DNA from: an uncultured delta proteobacterium
Lineage (GTDB): Bacteria > Myxococcota > Kuafuiibacteriia > Kuafuiibacteriales > Kuafuiibacteriaceae
Direction of reading: 5' to 3'
Length of the DNA: 64,000 nt
Assembly: GCA_963803435.1 (NCBI GenBank)
Contig: CAWDML010000003.1
Location: forward strand, 992,001 to 1,056,000
This document shows, piece by piece, positions 37,448 through 46,969 of the stretch (the first letter of the stretch is position 1; each line of letters starts with the position of its first letter). The notes below the pieces were generated by a model. That model had not been told where the DNA came from. It saw nothing but the letters and a program-made list of their open reading frames with translations, and ran no database searches. The position numbers and the translations under genes were made by a program.

Positions 37448-38008
37448 TCAGCCCGGACGCCAGAACACGCGGATCCCGGCGACGCCCTCGACGCCGGTGG
37501 CGAGCACGGCGTCGACGTCGTCCACTCCGATCCCGCCGAGCGCATAGATTCCTCCGGCGACGGCGGCCTCGCGCAGCGCCGGGAGCCCGAGCGGCGCGCC
37601 CTTGCCCGGGCTCGGGAAGACCGGTGAGAGCGTCACCAGATGGGCCCCCTCGCGCCGGCGTGCGATCGCGTCGGCGGCGGTATGGGCCGAGGCGCCGATC
37701 GAACGGCCCGGTCCGAGCAACGCCCGCGCGTCCTCAACCTTCAGGCCGTCCTCGGGCAGGTGCACGCCGACACCGTCGAAGCAGAGCGCGAGGTCGGCGC
37801 GGCTGTTCACCAGGAGGCGGGCGCCCGACATCGAGGGGAGCAGCGCTTCGATCCAGCTGAAGAGCTCGCGCACGGGTAGGTCCTTCTCGCGAAGCTGGAT
37901 TGTGAGCGCGGGTCCGTAGCGCCTGCAGAGCGCGCGGATCGCGTCCACCGGATCGGGTCCCATCAGGCGGCGGTCGGTGATGGCGTAGAGCGCGCGGGCG
38001 CGGATCAA
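37448..38008 (-). CDS. thiE: Thiamine phosphate synthase / TenI-like protein
   Basis: LYAITDR, QLREKD, GVHL, GASAH, SPVF, ALGGI. Follows thiG. Confidence 0.8.
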   Translation of the reverse strand: MIRARALYAITDRRLMGPDPVDAIRALCRRYGPALTIQLREKDLPVRELFSWIEALLPSMSGARLLVNSRADLALCFDGVGVHLPEDGLKVEDARALLGPGRSIGASAHTAADAIARRREGAHLVTLSPVFPSPGKGAPLGLPALREAAVAGGIYALGGIGVDDVDAVLATGVEGVAGIRVFWRPG

Positions 38009-38769
38009 GAGATCAGGCCTTCGAGGGGCGAGGACGCGGTGGCGTACAGCTTCCTCGGCACTCGCCCGGCGAGGAAGGCCTTGCGCCCGGCGATGACGCC
38101 GTCGCGCATGGCTTCGGCCATGAGCAGCGGATCGCGGGCGCCGGCGATCCCGGTGTTCATGAGGACGGCGGTGACGCCGAGCTCCATCGCGACGGCCGCG
38201 TCGGAGGCTGTCCCGACGCCGGCATCGACGATCACCGGAACCTTGGCTTGCTCGAGGATGATGCGGAGGTTGTACGGGTTCCGGATCCCCAGCCCCGAGC
38301 CGATCGGCGCCGCCAGCGGCATGACCGCCGCACAGCCCAGCTCCTGCAGTCGGAGCGAAGCCACCGGATCGTCGGTGATGTACGGAAGCACGTGGAAGCC
38401 TTCCTTCACCAGCGTCGCGGCCGCCGCCAGGGTCTCGGGGACGTCGGGGAAGAGGGTGGCCGGGTCGCCGATGACCTCGAGCTTCACAAAGTCGGTCATG
38501 CCGGCCTCGCGCGCCAGGCGCGCCGTGCGGACCGCGTCGTCGGCGGTGTAGCAGCCCGCGGTGTTGGGGAGCAGCTTCACGCCCTCGGGGATGGCGGACA
38601 GGATCGAGTCGCTGCCGGTCAGGCTGACGCGGCGCACCGCGACGGTCACGATCTCAGCGCCCGAGCGGACGATCGCCTCCCGCGTCTCGGCCGCGTCGCG
38701 GTACTTGCCGGTGCCGACGATCAGCCGCGAGCGGAACGTGTGGCCGGCGAGTTGAAACGTGTCGTTCAT
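38005..38769 (-). CDS. thiG: Thiazole synthase
   Basis: [45 protein letters not shown]. Confidence 0.97.
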   Translation of the reverse strand: MNDTFQLAGHTFRSRLIVGTGKYRDAAETREAIVRSGAEIVTVAVRRVSLTGSDSILSAIPEGVKLLPNTAGCYTADDAVRTARLAREAGMTDFVKLEVIGDPATLFPDVPETLAAAATLVKEGFHVLPYITDDPVASLRLQELGCAAVMPLAAPIGSGLGIRNPYNLRIILEQAKVPVIVDAGVGTASDAAVAMELGVTAVLMNTGIAGARDPLLMAEAMRDGVIAGRKAFLAGRVPRKLYATASSPLEGLIS

Positions 38770-38973
38770 TCAGACTCCTCCACCGACGAAGGAGACGATC
38801 TCGACCTGGTCCCCCTCCGAGAGGATGCGGTGGTCGAGCTGGTCCCGACGGATCACGTCGAGGTTCACCTCGACCGCGACGCGCGCCTCCTTGATCGAGA
38901 GCGCCTGGAGCAGCGCGCGCACGCTGACGCCCTCGGCGATCTCACGCCCCTCACCGTTGACGGTGATCCGCAT
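38770..38973 (-). CDS. thiS: Sulfur carrier protein ThiS
   Basis: MRITVNGE...VAVEVN...GDQVEIVSFVGGGV*. Confidence 0.93.
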   Translation of the reverse strand: MRITVNGEGREIAEGVSVRALLQALSIKEARVAVEVNLDVIRRDQLDHRILSEGDQVEIVSFVGGGV

Positions 38974-39005
38974 CGGGGCGAGCAGAGTCCGGGCGAACGG
39001 ACGAG

Positions 39006-42000
39006 TCAACCGGCAGTGTCGAGGATCCCGCGCGCCGTGTCCTTCATGTCGTCGGGCGCGTTGGGCAGGTCGATGCACTTCTTCAACGCCTTGCGTGCGT
39101 CAGGGGTGAGGCGTCCCCGGCTCTTCGCGATCCCGAGCTGGCACCAGGCGTCGCCGCGGTTGGCATCGGCGCGAACCGCGCGCTCGTAGTACTTCGTGGC
39201 GTCCTTGTCCTCGCCGCGACGGCTGAGAATGTTTCCAACCTGCAGGAGCGCTTTCGCGTTGTTCGGATCGAACTTGATCGCCTTCTGGAACGCCTCCATC
39301 GCGTCCGAGTCCTTGTTCTGGCGCGTGTAGGCTTCGCCGATGTCGGCCCAGATGGTCCGATCCTCGGGCCGGGACTCCTGATACTTCCGGAAGGCATCGA
39401 GCGCCTTGTCGAACTGGTGCCGCTCGATGGCGGTCCATCCCAGGGCCCGATGCGCGTTGGCGAGGCGGCTGTTGAGGCTGACGGCCTTCTCGTAGGCGGT
39501 GATCGCCTCGTACAGGGAGTTGTTCGCCTCGAGCACGCGCCCCAGCCAGTACTGATACTCGGCGTTGCGCGGCTCCAGCTCGGCCGCGTTGCGCATCGCC
39601 TGCGCCGCGTCGTCGTTGCGCTTCTCGCTCAGCGCGGCGCGGGCCTCCCAGAAGAGCACGTCGGCGCGGCGCTCCCCGCCTGCGAGCTCGATCTTGTGGG
39701 CCCTGGCCAGCGAGGCCTTCGCCTTCTCCAGCTCCGGCGGAGTCCGGTCGAGGAAGGCGGCCACCATCTTGAGGTGCGGGCGGACGTCCTTCTCGTCGAA
39801 GGAGGCGGCCTCCTCGTAGAGCGCGAGCGCACCGGTGAGGTCGCCTTCGATCTCGAGCGCACGACCGTACTCGAAGAGCACCGTGGGGTTCTTGGGCGAC
39901 TGGGCGAGCGCTGCCAGGTAGACGGGGATCGACTCGGCCAGGCGGGTCGAATCGGACGGCTTGCGCTCGCGGAGGGCCATGTCGCGGAGTGCGTTGGCGC
40001 ATCCGACCTGCGCGGCCACCAGCTCATCGTCGAGCTCCATCGCCTGCTGGAAGGTCGCGAGGGCCTCCTCGAGCTGGTTGCGCCGCGCGTAGCACTCGCC
40101 GAGGAGCACGTGCGCGACCGCGTTGTTCGAAGCCAGCTTGACCGCCTGGGTCGCGTCGTCGAACGCCGCGTCGACGTCGCCGAGCGAGAGCTCGATGCGA
40201 CCCAGCTCGATCAGCGGCATCGGATCGTCGCGGGCGAGCTTGATCGCGCGGGCGAGCGCGCCACGGGCGTCGGTGATCTTGCCGAGCTTGATGTTGAAGC
40301 GCGCCTCCCAGAGGGACACGCGGTGATCCTTGGGCAGCGCGGTCCGGGCGCTCTCCAGATCGAGGAACGCCTTGGCGACATCGTCGAGCGCGAAGAAGAC
40401 GCGGGCCCGCGCGATCAGGAGGTTGCCGTCGTTCGGCGCGCGCGCGATGTTCACGCCGATCCGCTGCTGCGCCTCGTCGAGCTTGCCGCTCTCCGCCAGC
40501 GCCGCCGCCGCCGTGGCCACGTACGCGTTGTTGGTGGGATCGAGGCGCGCGGCCTCGAGCGCCGCCTCGACCGCCCGCGGATCGCTCAGCATCCCGGCGT
40601 CGTCGAAGGCGACCGCGGTGGCGTTGAGGAAGCTCGCTCGATCCGTCGGCGGCAGCCCTCGTTCCGCCTTGCTGGCGGTGATGGCCATGGTCCGCCGGCG
40701 ATCGCCGTAGCGGTTCAGCGCCTTGAAGATCGCGGAGGCCATCACGCCCGAGCGTGCGTGCGCCGGCTGGGCCTCGAGGGCCTTCATGTACCAGACCGCG
40801 GCGTCGTCGGCCGCGGTCGGCGACTCGCTCGCCGCCACCACGTCGCCGATCGCGTGGAGCGCCGGGGCGTAGTTGGGGGCGGCGACGATGGCCTTGTCGA
40901 GGGCCTCGAGCGCGCCCGGGACGTCGTTCAACTTGAAGCGGGCGAGGCCGAGGAGCAGCGCCAGCTCCTTGTCGTCGCTCCGTTGCTCGAGCAGCGCGGC
41001 CAGCTGGCTCGCCGCCGACTCGGCCTGTCCCGTGAGGATCTCCAGCGCCGAGCGGGCCTTGAGGATCTCCACGTTCGCGGCGGCGGCGTTGCCGCCCATC
41101 GCCTTGGCGAGATCGACGGTGTTGAGCGCGTCGACGCTCTTCTTGAGCTCCGCGATTGGGAAGTCCTTCTCCCCGTAGGCCAGGGTGGCGAAGCCGCGCG
41201 CCTTGGCCTCCGCCAGCATGTTGTCGGGGAGGCCGGGCCCCGCCTGCTCGATCGTCGCGAAGACCGAGCGGAAGGCCTCGTACGAGTGCTCGTCGATCAG
41301 GTTGGCGATCTCCTTGGGATCGGCGACCTTCGGCGGCGGGGGCGGCGGCTTCACCGGCTCGGGGGGCGGAGCCTCGCGGGTGATGGCGGCGATCAGGCCT
41401 TTGACTCCGAACGCGCCGTACGGCGTGAAGAGCTGCGTGAAGACGCCGATCAGGACGGCGACGATCACGGCCAGGAAGATCAGGATGGGCTTTCGATAGG
41501 TCTGCCAGATCGGCGGCAGGTCCGGGATCTCGCCCACCTCGAGCTCGTCGTCGCCGCGGGGGCGCGCGCGGGGCTCGCGGGGCGGCGGCGCGCCGGAGGG
41601 CGCATGGACCGCAGGATCCTCTTCCTCCAGATCGAGGCTGGTGAACGTGGGATCGGCGTATGAGGGACCCGGCGGCGGCGGAACGGGGGCGCTGCGCGCG
41701 GGCGCGTTGGACTCGAGCCCGAGATCCAGATCGGCGCCTATCCCCAGATCGACGTTGCCGAACGCCAGCATCGGATCGGAGCTCGCGGCGGCGGCTTGGT
41801 TGATCGCCTGGTTGAGCTCCGGGTGGCTCGTCATCGCGCGCCAGGAGACGCCGTCCTCCGAGATGTCCTCGTTGCCGGTGTACTCGGCGTTCCTCAGCAT
41901 CGCGAGGATCCGGCCCAGACCTACCGGACCTTCGACGCGGCCGTTCCGGCGGCGCACCTTGAACTCGGGCTGCGCCGCGCCGTGGCCAATCCCCCCGGCT

Positions 42001-42419
42001 TTCTCGGCGGTGCTGTCGATGAAGTCGAGGACGCCGCTCTCGTTCAGCGTCCGGCCCTTCGGCGCCGGCGGCGGAGGCTTGGCGAGGCCGGGCAGGTTGC
42101 GCGGGCCCGGGAAATCCATTCCGCGGGGGACGGGAAGGTTGTCGCCGGAGTCGTCGAGCCCGAGGTCGAGGTCGTCGAGGAGATCGTCCGAGGCGCCGTG
42201 CTTCTTGGCGACCGCGCCCGGGAGGGCGACGGCGCTGCTCTTCCGGCCAGGGAGCGGAACAGGGTTACTGCTACGCGTACCCGGCAGCGCCACCGCCTCT
42301 TCGCGCTTCGCGACGAAGGTATGGGCGCACTTGGGGCACTTGATGGTGACGCCGCTGGGCGGCACACGGCTGTCGTCCACCGAGTATTTGGTTTGGCAGG
42401 ACGGGCACGAAACGTTCAT
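39006..42419 (-). CDS. Zinc-ribbon (MJ0042-type) + GYF-like + TM + TPR protein
   Basis: CPSC...CPKC, one TM helix, and a long TPR array. Confidence 0.85.
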   Translation of the reverse strand: MNVSCPSCQTKYSVDDSRVPPSGVTIKCPKCAHTFVAKREEAVALPGTRSSNPVPLPGRKSSAVALPGAVAKKHGASDDLLDDLDLGLDDSGDNLPVPRGMDFPGPRNLPGLAKPPPPAPKGRTLNESGVLDFIDSTAEKAGGIGHGAAQPEFKVRRRNGRVEGPVGLGRILAMLRNAEYTGNEDISEDGVSWRAMTSHPELNQAINQAAAASSDPMLAFGNVDLGIGADLDLGLESNAPARSAPVPPPPGPSYADPTFTSLDLEEEDPAVHAPSGAPPPREPRARPRGDDELEVGEIPDLPPIWQTYRKPILIFLAVIVAVLIGVFTQLFTPYGAFGVKGLIAAITREAPPPEPVKPPPPPPKVADPKEIANLIDEHSYEAFRSVFATIEQAGPGLPDNMLAEAKARGFATLAYGEKDFPIAELKKSVDALNTVDLAKAMGGNAAAANVEILKARSALEILTGQAESAASQLAALLEQRSDDKELALLLGLARFKLNDVPGALEALDKAIVAAPNYAPALHAIGDVVAASESPTAADDAAVWYMKALEAQPAHARSGVMASAIFKALNRYGDRRRTMAITASKAERGLPPTDRASFLNATAVAFDDAGMLSDPRAVEAALEAARLDPTNNAYVATAAAALAESGKLDEAQQRIGVNIARAPNDGNLLIARARVFFALDDVAKAFLDLESARTALPKDHRVSLWEARFNIKLGKITDARGALARAIKLARDDPMPLIELGRIELSLGDVDAAFDDATQAVKLASNNAVAHVLLGECYARRNQLEEALATFQQAMELDDELVAAQVGCANALRDMALRERKPSDSTRLAESIPVYLAALAQSPKNPTVLFEYGRALEIEGDLTGALALYEEAASFDEKDVRPHLKMVAAFLDRTPPELEKAKASLARAHKIELAGGERRADVLFWEARAALSEKRNDDAAQAMRNAAELEPRNAEYQYWLGRVLEANNSLYEAITAYEKAVSLNSRLANAHRALGWTAIERHQFDKALDAFRKYQESRPEDRTIWADIGEAYTRQNKDSDAMEAFQKAIKFDPNNAKALLQVGNILSRRGEDKDATKYYERAVRADANRGDAWCQLGIAKSRGRLTPDARKALKKCIDLPNAPDDMKDTARGILDTAG

Positions 42420-42522
42420 CGCGGTCGATCTCGGGACGGCTTGGGAACGCTACCAGGAGGTCGGAGTCCTGTCGATGTGGCCGACCTTGACGGGTTTTGG
42501 GCTGGCGGTTATCTGACCCGGA

Positions 42523-43233
42523 ATGGCCCAAGCTGGTTTCTTCAGTCGGCTCACCAACCTGTGGAAGGGTTTTCTTTCACTCTGGGTCGCAGACTTGGAG
42601 AAGGAGCACCCCGAGATCGCGTACGAAAACTCGATCAACTCGATGATCGAAAAGTACGGGACGCTCAAGAAGGCGACCGCCGCGATCATCCGGCGCCGCG
42701 AGGACGTCGAGACGCGGCTCGCGAAGCAACGTCGAGAGCTCGCGCAGGTCGACGGCGATCTCAACACCGCCATCGAGCAGGAGGAGGACGAGCTGGCCCT
42801 CATCCTGATCAACAAGAAGAACACCCTCGAGGGTGAGATCGGCGAGCTGACCGCCGATCTGGAGCAGGCGCGCACGGACGCCGAGGACGCGAAATCGTCG
42901 CTCCTCAACGTGCAGGCCGAGATCAACAAGCTGAAGACCGAGAAGGATCGGATGCTCGCCAAGATGGAGAGCGCCAAGGCGCGCATCAAGGTCCAGGAGC
43001 AGCTCGACGGACTGTCGGTCGACGCCGAAGTCGCCGCGCTCGACAACGTCCGCCAGCACATCAATCAGCTGTCGGCCGAGGCAAAGCTCAACAAGGAGCT
43101 CTCCGGCGAGTCGCTCGAGGGCCGCCTCAAGAAGCTGCGCCAGCAGACCGGCGACGTCACCGCGAAGAAGCAGCTCGACGAGCTGAAGGCGAAGCGCGCC
43201 GCCGCCAAGGCCGGCCAGCAGAAGACGATGTAG
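42523..43233 (+). CDS. pspA: PspA/IM30-family protein
   Basis: GFFSRLTNLWKG amphipathic N-terminus, EHPE, long coiled coil, C-terminal LDELKAK. Confidence 0.85.
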   Translation: MAQAGFFSRLTNLWKGFLSLWVADLEKEHPEIAYENSINSMIEKYGTLKKATAAIIRRREDVETRLAKQRRELAQVDGDLNTAIEQEEDELALILINKKNTLEGEIGELTADLEQARTDAEDAKSSLLNVQAEINKLKTEKDRMLAKMESAKARIKVQEQLDGLSVDAEVAALDNVRQHINQLSAEAKLNKELSGESLEGRLKKLRQQTGDVTAKKQLDELKAKRAAAKAGQQKTM

Positions 43234-43301
43234 CCGAGCGCCACCCGATGTCGTTCTCCGTTGACTAACCCCCGCGGAATGGGCCAAACACCCTCCCGCA
43301 C

Positions 43302-43375
43302 GCACCCATAGCTTAGCTGGATAGAGCGCCGGACTACGAATCCGGAGGTCGGCCGTTCGAATCGGTCTGGGTGCG
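43302..43375 (+). tRNA. tRNA-Arg(ACG)
   Basis: GCACCCATAGCTTAGCTGGATAGAGCGCCGGACTACGAATCCGGAGGTCGGCCGTTCGAATCGGTCTGGGTGCG. A TTGACT -35-like box lies at 43261. Confidence 0.96.
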
Positions 43376-43664
43376 CTTCGACCCGAGTTGTTCCCTCGGC
43401 GGACATGGGAGGTCCAACCTGTTTCCGCCTTGGACCATCCTCACCCGAAACCTGTCTCTCCCCTGCTGGCCCGTGTCCTGCTACCGATTCCACACCGTAC
43501 CTTCCAGCCATTCAGGCTGGGCCTCCCAGACGGTGGAAGGGCGAGTGCTGCCGGGCTCTCGCCCTTCCGACCGGACTTCCTCGGGGATGATTTCTCCTCG
43601 GATTCCGTAGGACTGCACGAGGTTGCGCCGAGATCGGCGCAGCTTGTTAGGATCCGCCGGAGCC

Positions 43665-44471
43665 ATGCGCCTCGCCGTCCTCGCCCTCCTCTTGGCCGCC
43701 TGTGCGAGTCAACCGCCGCCGCGCGCGCGGCCGGCGGCGCCGCCCCAAGCGCAGCCCACCGCCAAGAAGGGCGATTACTCGGGACCCGTCTGGTTCGATC
43801 CGGAGGGCAAGAAGGTCCTCCGCAAGAGCGACGAGAAGATGGGCAAGATCGCGATCGAGCACAAGTTCGCCGCCGAGATCTCGGTGGACGGGCAGCGCGT
43901 GGCGACCGCGCCGTACACCGGAGAGATCGCGCTGGTGGCCGGTCCGCACCGCATCACGATCCAGGAGCCGGGGTGCGCGCCGCGCGACCTCGACATCACC
44001 GTGCCGGAGGGCGAGCAGGCGCTCCCGATCAACACAGTCGGGCCGTGCCTGCCGCCGGGCACGGTGGCGGTCGCTCCGCCGCCCCCCCCGCCGCCGGGGC
44101 TCGATCCGAATCAACAGCTCGTCTATCAGCAGCAGAGCAACACGCCGGCGTGGATCGTGACGGGCGTGGCCGGAGCGCTCGTGATCGCGGGCGGGGTGTT
44201 CATCGGGACCCATGTCGCCGCCGCCAAGCGTCGCGACAAGCTGATCGAGGAGGATCCCAATCGCTTCGACGCGCGTCCGGTGCGCAAGGCGGACAACGAG
44301 GCCTACGTGTGGAGCATCGCTTCGGTGTCGTCGTTCAGCGGGGCTGCGGTCGCGCTGACCACCGCCATCATCCTGTTCGTCACGAATTCGGACGAAGCGC
44401 CACCCGACTATAACTTCGGGACCGGAACCGCCGGGGGCGCACGGACGCTCACGTTCGATCTCGGCTTTTGA
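43665..44471 (+). CDS. PEGA-domain lipoprotein
   Basis: Lipobox LAAC; AEISVDGQ...GPHRITI; Pro linker; hydrophobic C-terminal segments. Confidence 0.75.
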   Translation: MRLAVLALLLAACASQPPPRARPAAPPQAQPTAKKGDYSGPVWFDPEGKKVLRKSDEKMGKIAIEHKFAAEISVDGQRVATAPYTGEIALVAGPHRITIQEPGCAPRDLDITVPEGEQALPINTVGPCLPPGTVAVAPPPPPPPGLDPNQQLVYQQQSNTPAWIVTGVAGALVIAGGVFIGTHVAAAKRRDKLIEEDPNRFDARPVRKADNEAYVWSIASVSSFSGAAVALTTAIILFVTNSDEAPPDYNFGTGTAGGARTLTFDLGF

Positions 44472-44476
44472 CTTCG

Positions 44477-46969
44477 ATGCGCTGGCTTCTCGTCATCTGT
44501 GCCGTCTCGCTCCTCGGGGCGTGCCGCAAGAATCCCGAGTGCTTCGGAACCAGCGAGTGCGAGCCGGGCACCGTCTGCTTCGAGAACGCCTGCGTGGATC
44601 CCAAGGACGCGGACGCGGGTGTCGTCACCTTCTGGCAGGACGTCGAGCCGATCGTCTCGACACGCTGTCAGACCTGCCACACGGATCCGCCGCAGAACAG
44701 CGCGCCGTTTCCTCTCCTGGACTATCGCGACACCCAAGGCGACTCGATGGGCCAGCCGATCTATCGGGTCATGGCGTCGCGGGTGCGCGATCAAGGCAAT
44801 CCCATGCCGCCGCGCCCGAACGCATCGCTGGCCCCGCGCGAGCAGGACGTGATCGCGGCCTGGGCGCAGAGCGGCGCGCCGGAGGGCCTTCCGCCGTTCT
44901 CGTGGGTGGCGGACGTGGAGCCGGTGGTGCGCGCCAACTGCCAGGGCTGTCACTCGAACCCGCCCCAGAACGGCGCACCGATGCCGCTCGTGACCTTCGC
45001 CGACACGCAGATCCCGAGCCGATCGGGCCGCCCGATCTGGGAGACGATGGGGCGGCGGACGAGCAGCCTGACCGCGCCGATGCCGCCCCCGGGGGCGGGC
45101 ACCCTCGACGCCAATGGCCGCCGGATCATCCGCGTCTGGGCGGCCACCGGCGGGCCGGAGCGTCCGTCGGGCGGGACCGTCGCCCCGTACGACGCGGGTG
45201 TGCCCACCGGGACGAGCCCGCTGGTCGGCGTGGGCGCGCCGCAGTCGATCACCTCCGGGTATCAGTCGATGGAGGGGCTCGCGTGGGATCCGGTCGGCGG
45301 CGTGCTGTACTTCTCGGACGTCGGGGAGCGCACCATCTACCGGCTGACCCCGCCCACCATCGTCGATGTGTTGCGGAGCGAGAGCGACGCGGCGCGCGGG
45401 CTGCGCGTGGATCAGGACGGCAACGTGGTGGCCGCCGAGATCGCAGCGCGCCGGGTCACGCGACAGACGCCCGGAGGCGCGACCACGGTCGTCGCCGATC
45501 GCTTCCGGGCCAATCGGTTCAACTCTCCCGCCAACGTGGCGGTGCGGATCTCCGACGGGACGGTGTACTTCACGGATCCACCGCTCGGTCTGGTGACGGC
45601 GCCGCGCGAGCTCCCGTACGCGGGGCTGTTCCGCGTCACGCGCCAGGGCTCGGTGTTCGTCGAGTGGCAGGGGGTCGAAGGCACTGCGCCCACCGGTGTG
45701 ACGCTCTCGCCGGACGAGCGATCGCTCTATCTCGTCGATCGTGTCGACGGCGTGATCCGAGCGTTCGACGTCGCTTCGGGCGGCGAGCTCGCCAACGAAC
45801 GGGTCTTCGCATTCACGGGAACGACGCCGCAGGGGGTCACGGTCGATCGAAACGGCAACGTCTACGTGGCGACCGCCTCCGGTATCGAGGTCTACTCGCC
45901 GGAGGGGGCGCCCTGGGGCACGCTCTCGACGCCGGCGACGCCCACCGACGTGGCCTTCGGCGGGGCCGCGCTCGACACGCTCTACGTGGCCACGGCCGGC
46001 GCGCTGTACGCGATCCAGGTCGCGATCCCCGGCACCGACTGGGGCCGCAGCGCCGAACCCCCGGACGCAGGCATGCCGGACGGCGGCCCGCGCCCCGACG
46101 GAGGCACGCCCGACGCGGGACCGGCCAACCCGGTCACCGGAGCCGGGAGCTATCAGTTCATCCAGGGCGGCTTTCGCTTCCTCGACGGACCCGAGTGGTC
46201 GGCCGTCGATCAGCGGCTGTTCTTCTGCGACTGGGGCGCGGGCGGCGACGTGATCTATCAGTACGACGGGACCGTCACCATGTTCCGCATGCCGGGCCGG
46301 CAGTCGGCGGGGCTGGCACTCGATCCTTCGACCGGCGATCTGATCGCGGCCGAGATGGACACGCGGCGCATCACGCGCACGCCGTCCGGCGGCGCCGCCG
46401 CGTCGCTGGTGGAGCGCTATCAAGGCAATCTATTCAATGGACCCAACGACGTGGTGGTACGGAGCGACGGCACCATCTACTTCACGGATCCGCCGTACGG
46501 GCTGATGGGGCGGCCGCGCGAGCTGGGGTTCAACGGGCTGTTCCGGATCCCGACCGCCTCCACGGCTGCGGTGCTGGAGTGGCAGGGCGATCAGTTCCAG
46601 GATGAGCCGAACGGCGTCGAGCTGTCGCCGGACGAGATGCGCCTCTACGTCTCCAACACCACGCGCAACGAGGTCAGCGTGTTCGACGTGATGCCGGACG
46701 GCTCGCTCGCCAACCGGCGCCAGTTCGCGCAGACGCTCTCGATCCCGGACGGCATGGCGATCGACGCCGACGGCAACCTCTACGTGGCGGCGCGCGACGG
46801 GATCCAGGTGTTCCGTCCCGACGGCACGGCCTGGGGAACCATCGCGAACCCGCCGGGCGTACGCGGTACCAACCTGGTCTTCGGCGGGTCCAACCTGCGG
46901 ACGGTGTTCCTGACCACGCCCACCGATCTGTACCGGTTCCAGGGCGCGGTGGCGGGATGGAGCCGATGA
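44477..46969 (+). CDS. Lipoprotein: Cys-rich module + 2 c-type heme modules + 2 SMP-30/gluconolactonase propellers
   Basis: Lipobox LGAC; CQTCH and CQGCH, each followed by MPP; two FN.P(A/N)..V..DG..YFTDPP propellers. Confidence 0.85.
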   Translation: MRWLLVICAVSLLGACRKNPECFGTSECEPGTVCFENACVDPKDADAGVVTFWQDVEPIVSTRCQTCHTDPPQNSAPFPLLDYRDTQGDSMGQPIYRVMASRVRDQGNPMPPRPNASLAPREQDVIAAWAQSGAPEGLPPFSWVADVEPVVRANCQGCHSNPPQNGAPMPLVTFADTQIPSRSGRPIWETMGRRTSSLTAPMPPPGAGTLDANGRRIIRVWAATGGPERPSGGTVAPYDAGVPTGTSPLVGVGAPQSITSGYQSMEGLAWDPVGGVLYFSDVGERTIYRLTPPTIVDVLRSESDAARGLRVDQDGNVVAAEIAARRVTRQTPGGATTVVADRFRANRFNSPANVAVRISDGTVYFTDPPLGLVTAPRELPYAGLFRVTRQGSVFVEWQGVEGTAPTGVTLSPDERSLYLVDRVDGVIRAFDVASGGELANERVFAFTGTTPQGVTVDRNGNVYVATASGIEVYSPEGAPWGTLSTPATPTDVAFGGAALDTLYVATAGALYAIQVAIPGTDWGRSAEPPDAGMPDGGPRPDGGTPDAGPANPVTGAGSYQFIQGGFRFLDGPEWSAVDQRLFFCDWGAGGDVIYQYDGTVTMFRMPGRQSAGLALDPSTGDLIAAEMDTRRITRTPSGGAAASLVERYQGNLFNGPNDVVVRSDGTIYFTDPPYGLMGRPRELGFNGLFRIPTASTAAVLEWQGDQFQDEPNGVELSPDEMRLYVSNTTRNEVSVFDVMPDGSLANRRQFAQTLSIPDGMAIDADGNLYVAARDGIQVFRPDGTAWGTIANPPGVRGTNLVFGGSNLRTVFLTTPTDLYRFQGAVAGWSR

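Noticed and set aside
36275-43375. Genomic island bounded by the two tRNAs
   Set aside because: No integrase or duplicated tRNA 3' end was seen, and the intervening genes (thiSGE, pspA) are core-like with host codon usage.
43560-43600. Minus-strand GAGGAAGTCC resembling the RNase P RNA P4 motif
   Set aside because: It lacks one A of GAGGAAAGTCC, and the matching 3' conserved motif was not found.
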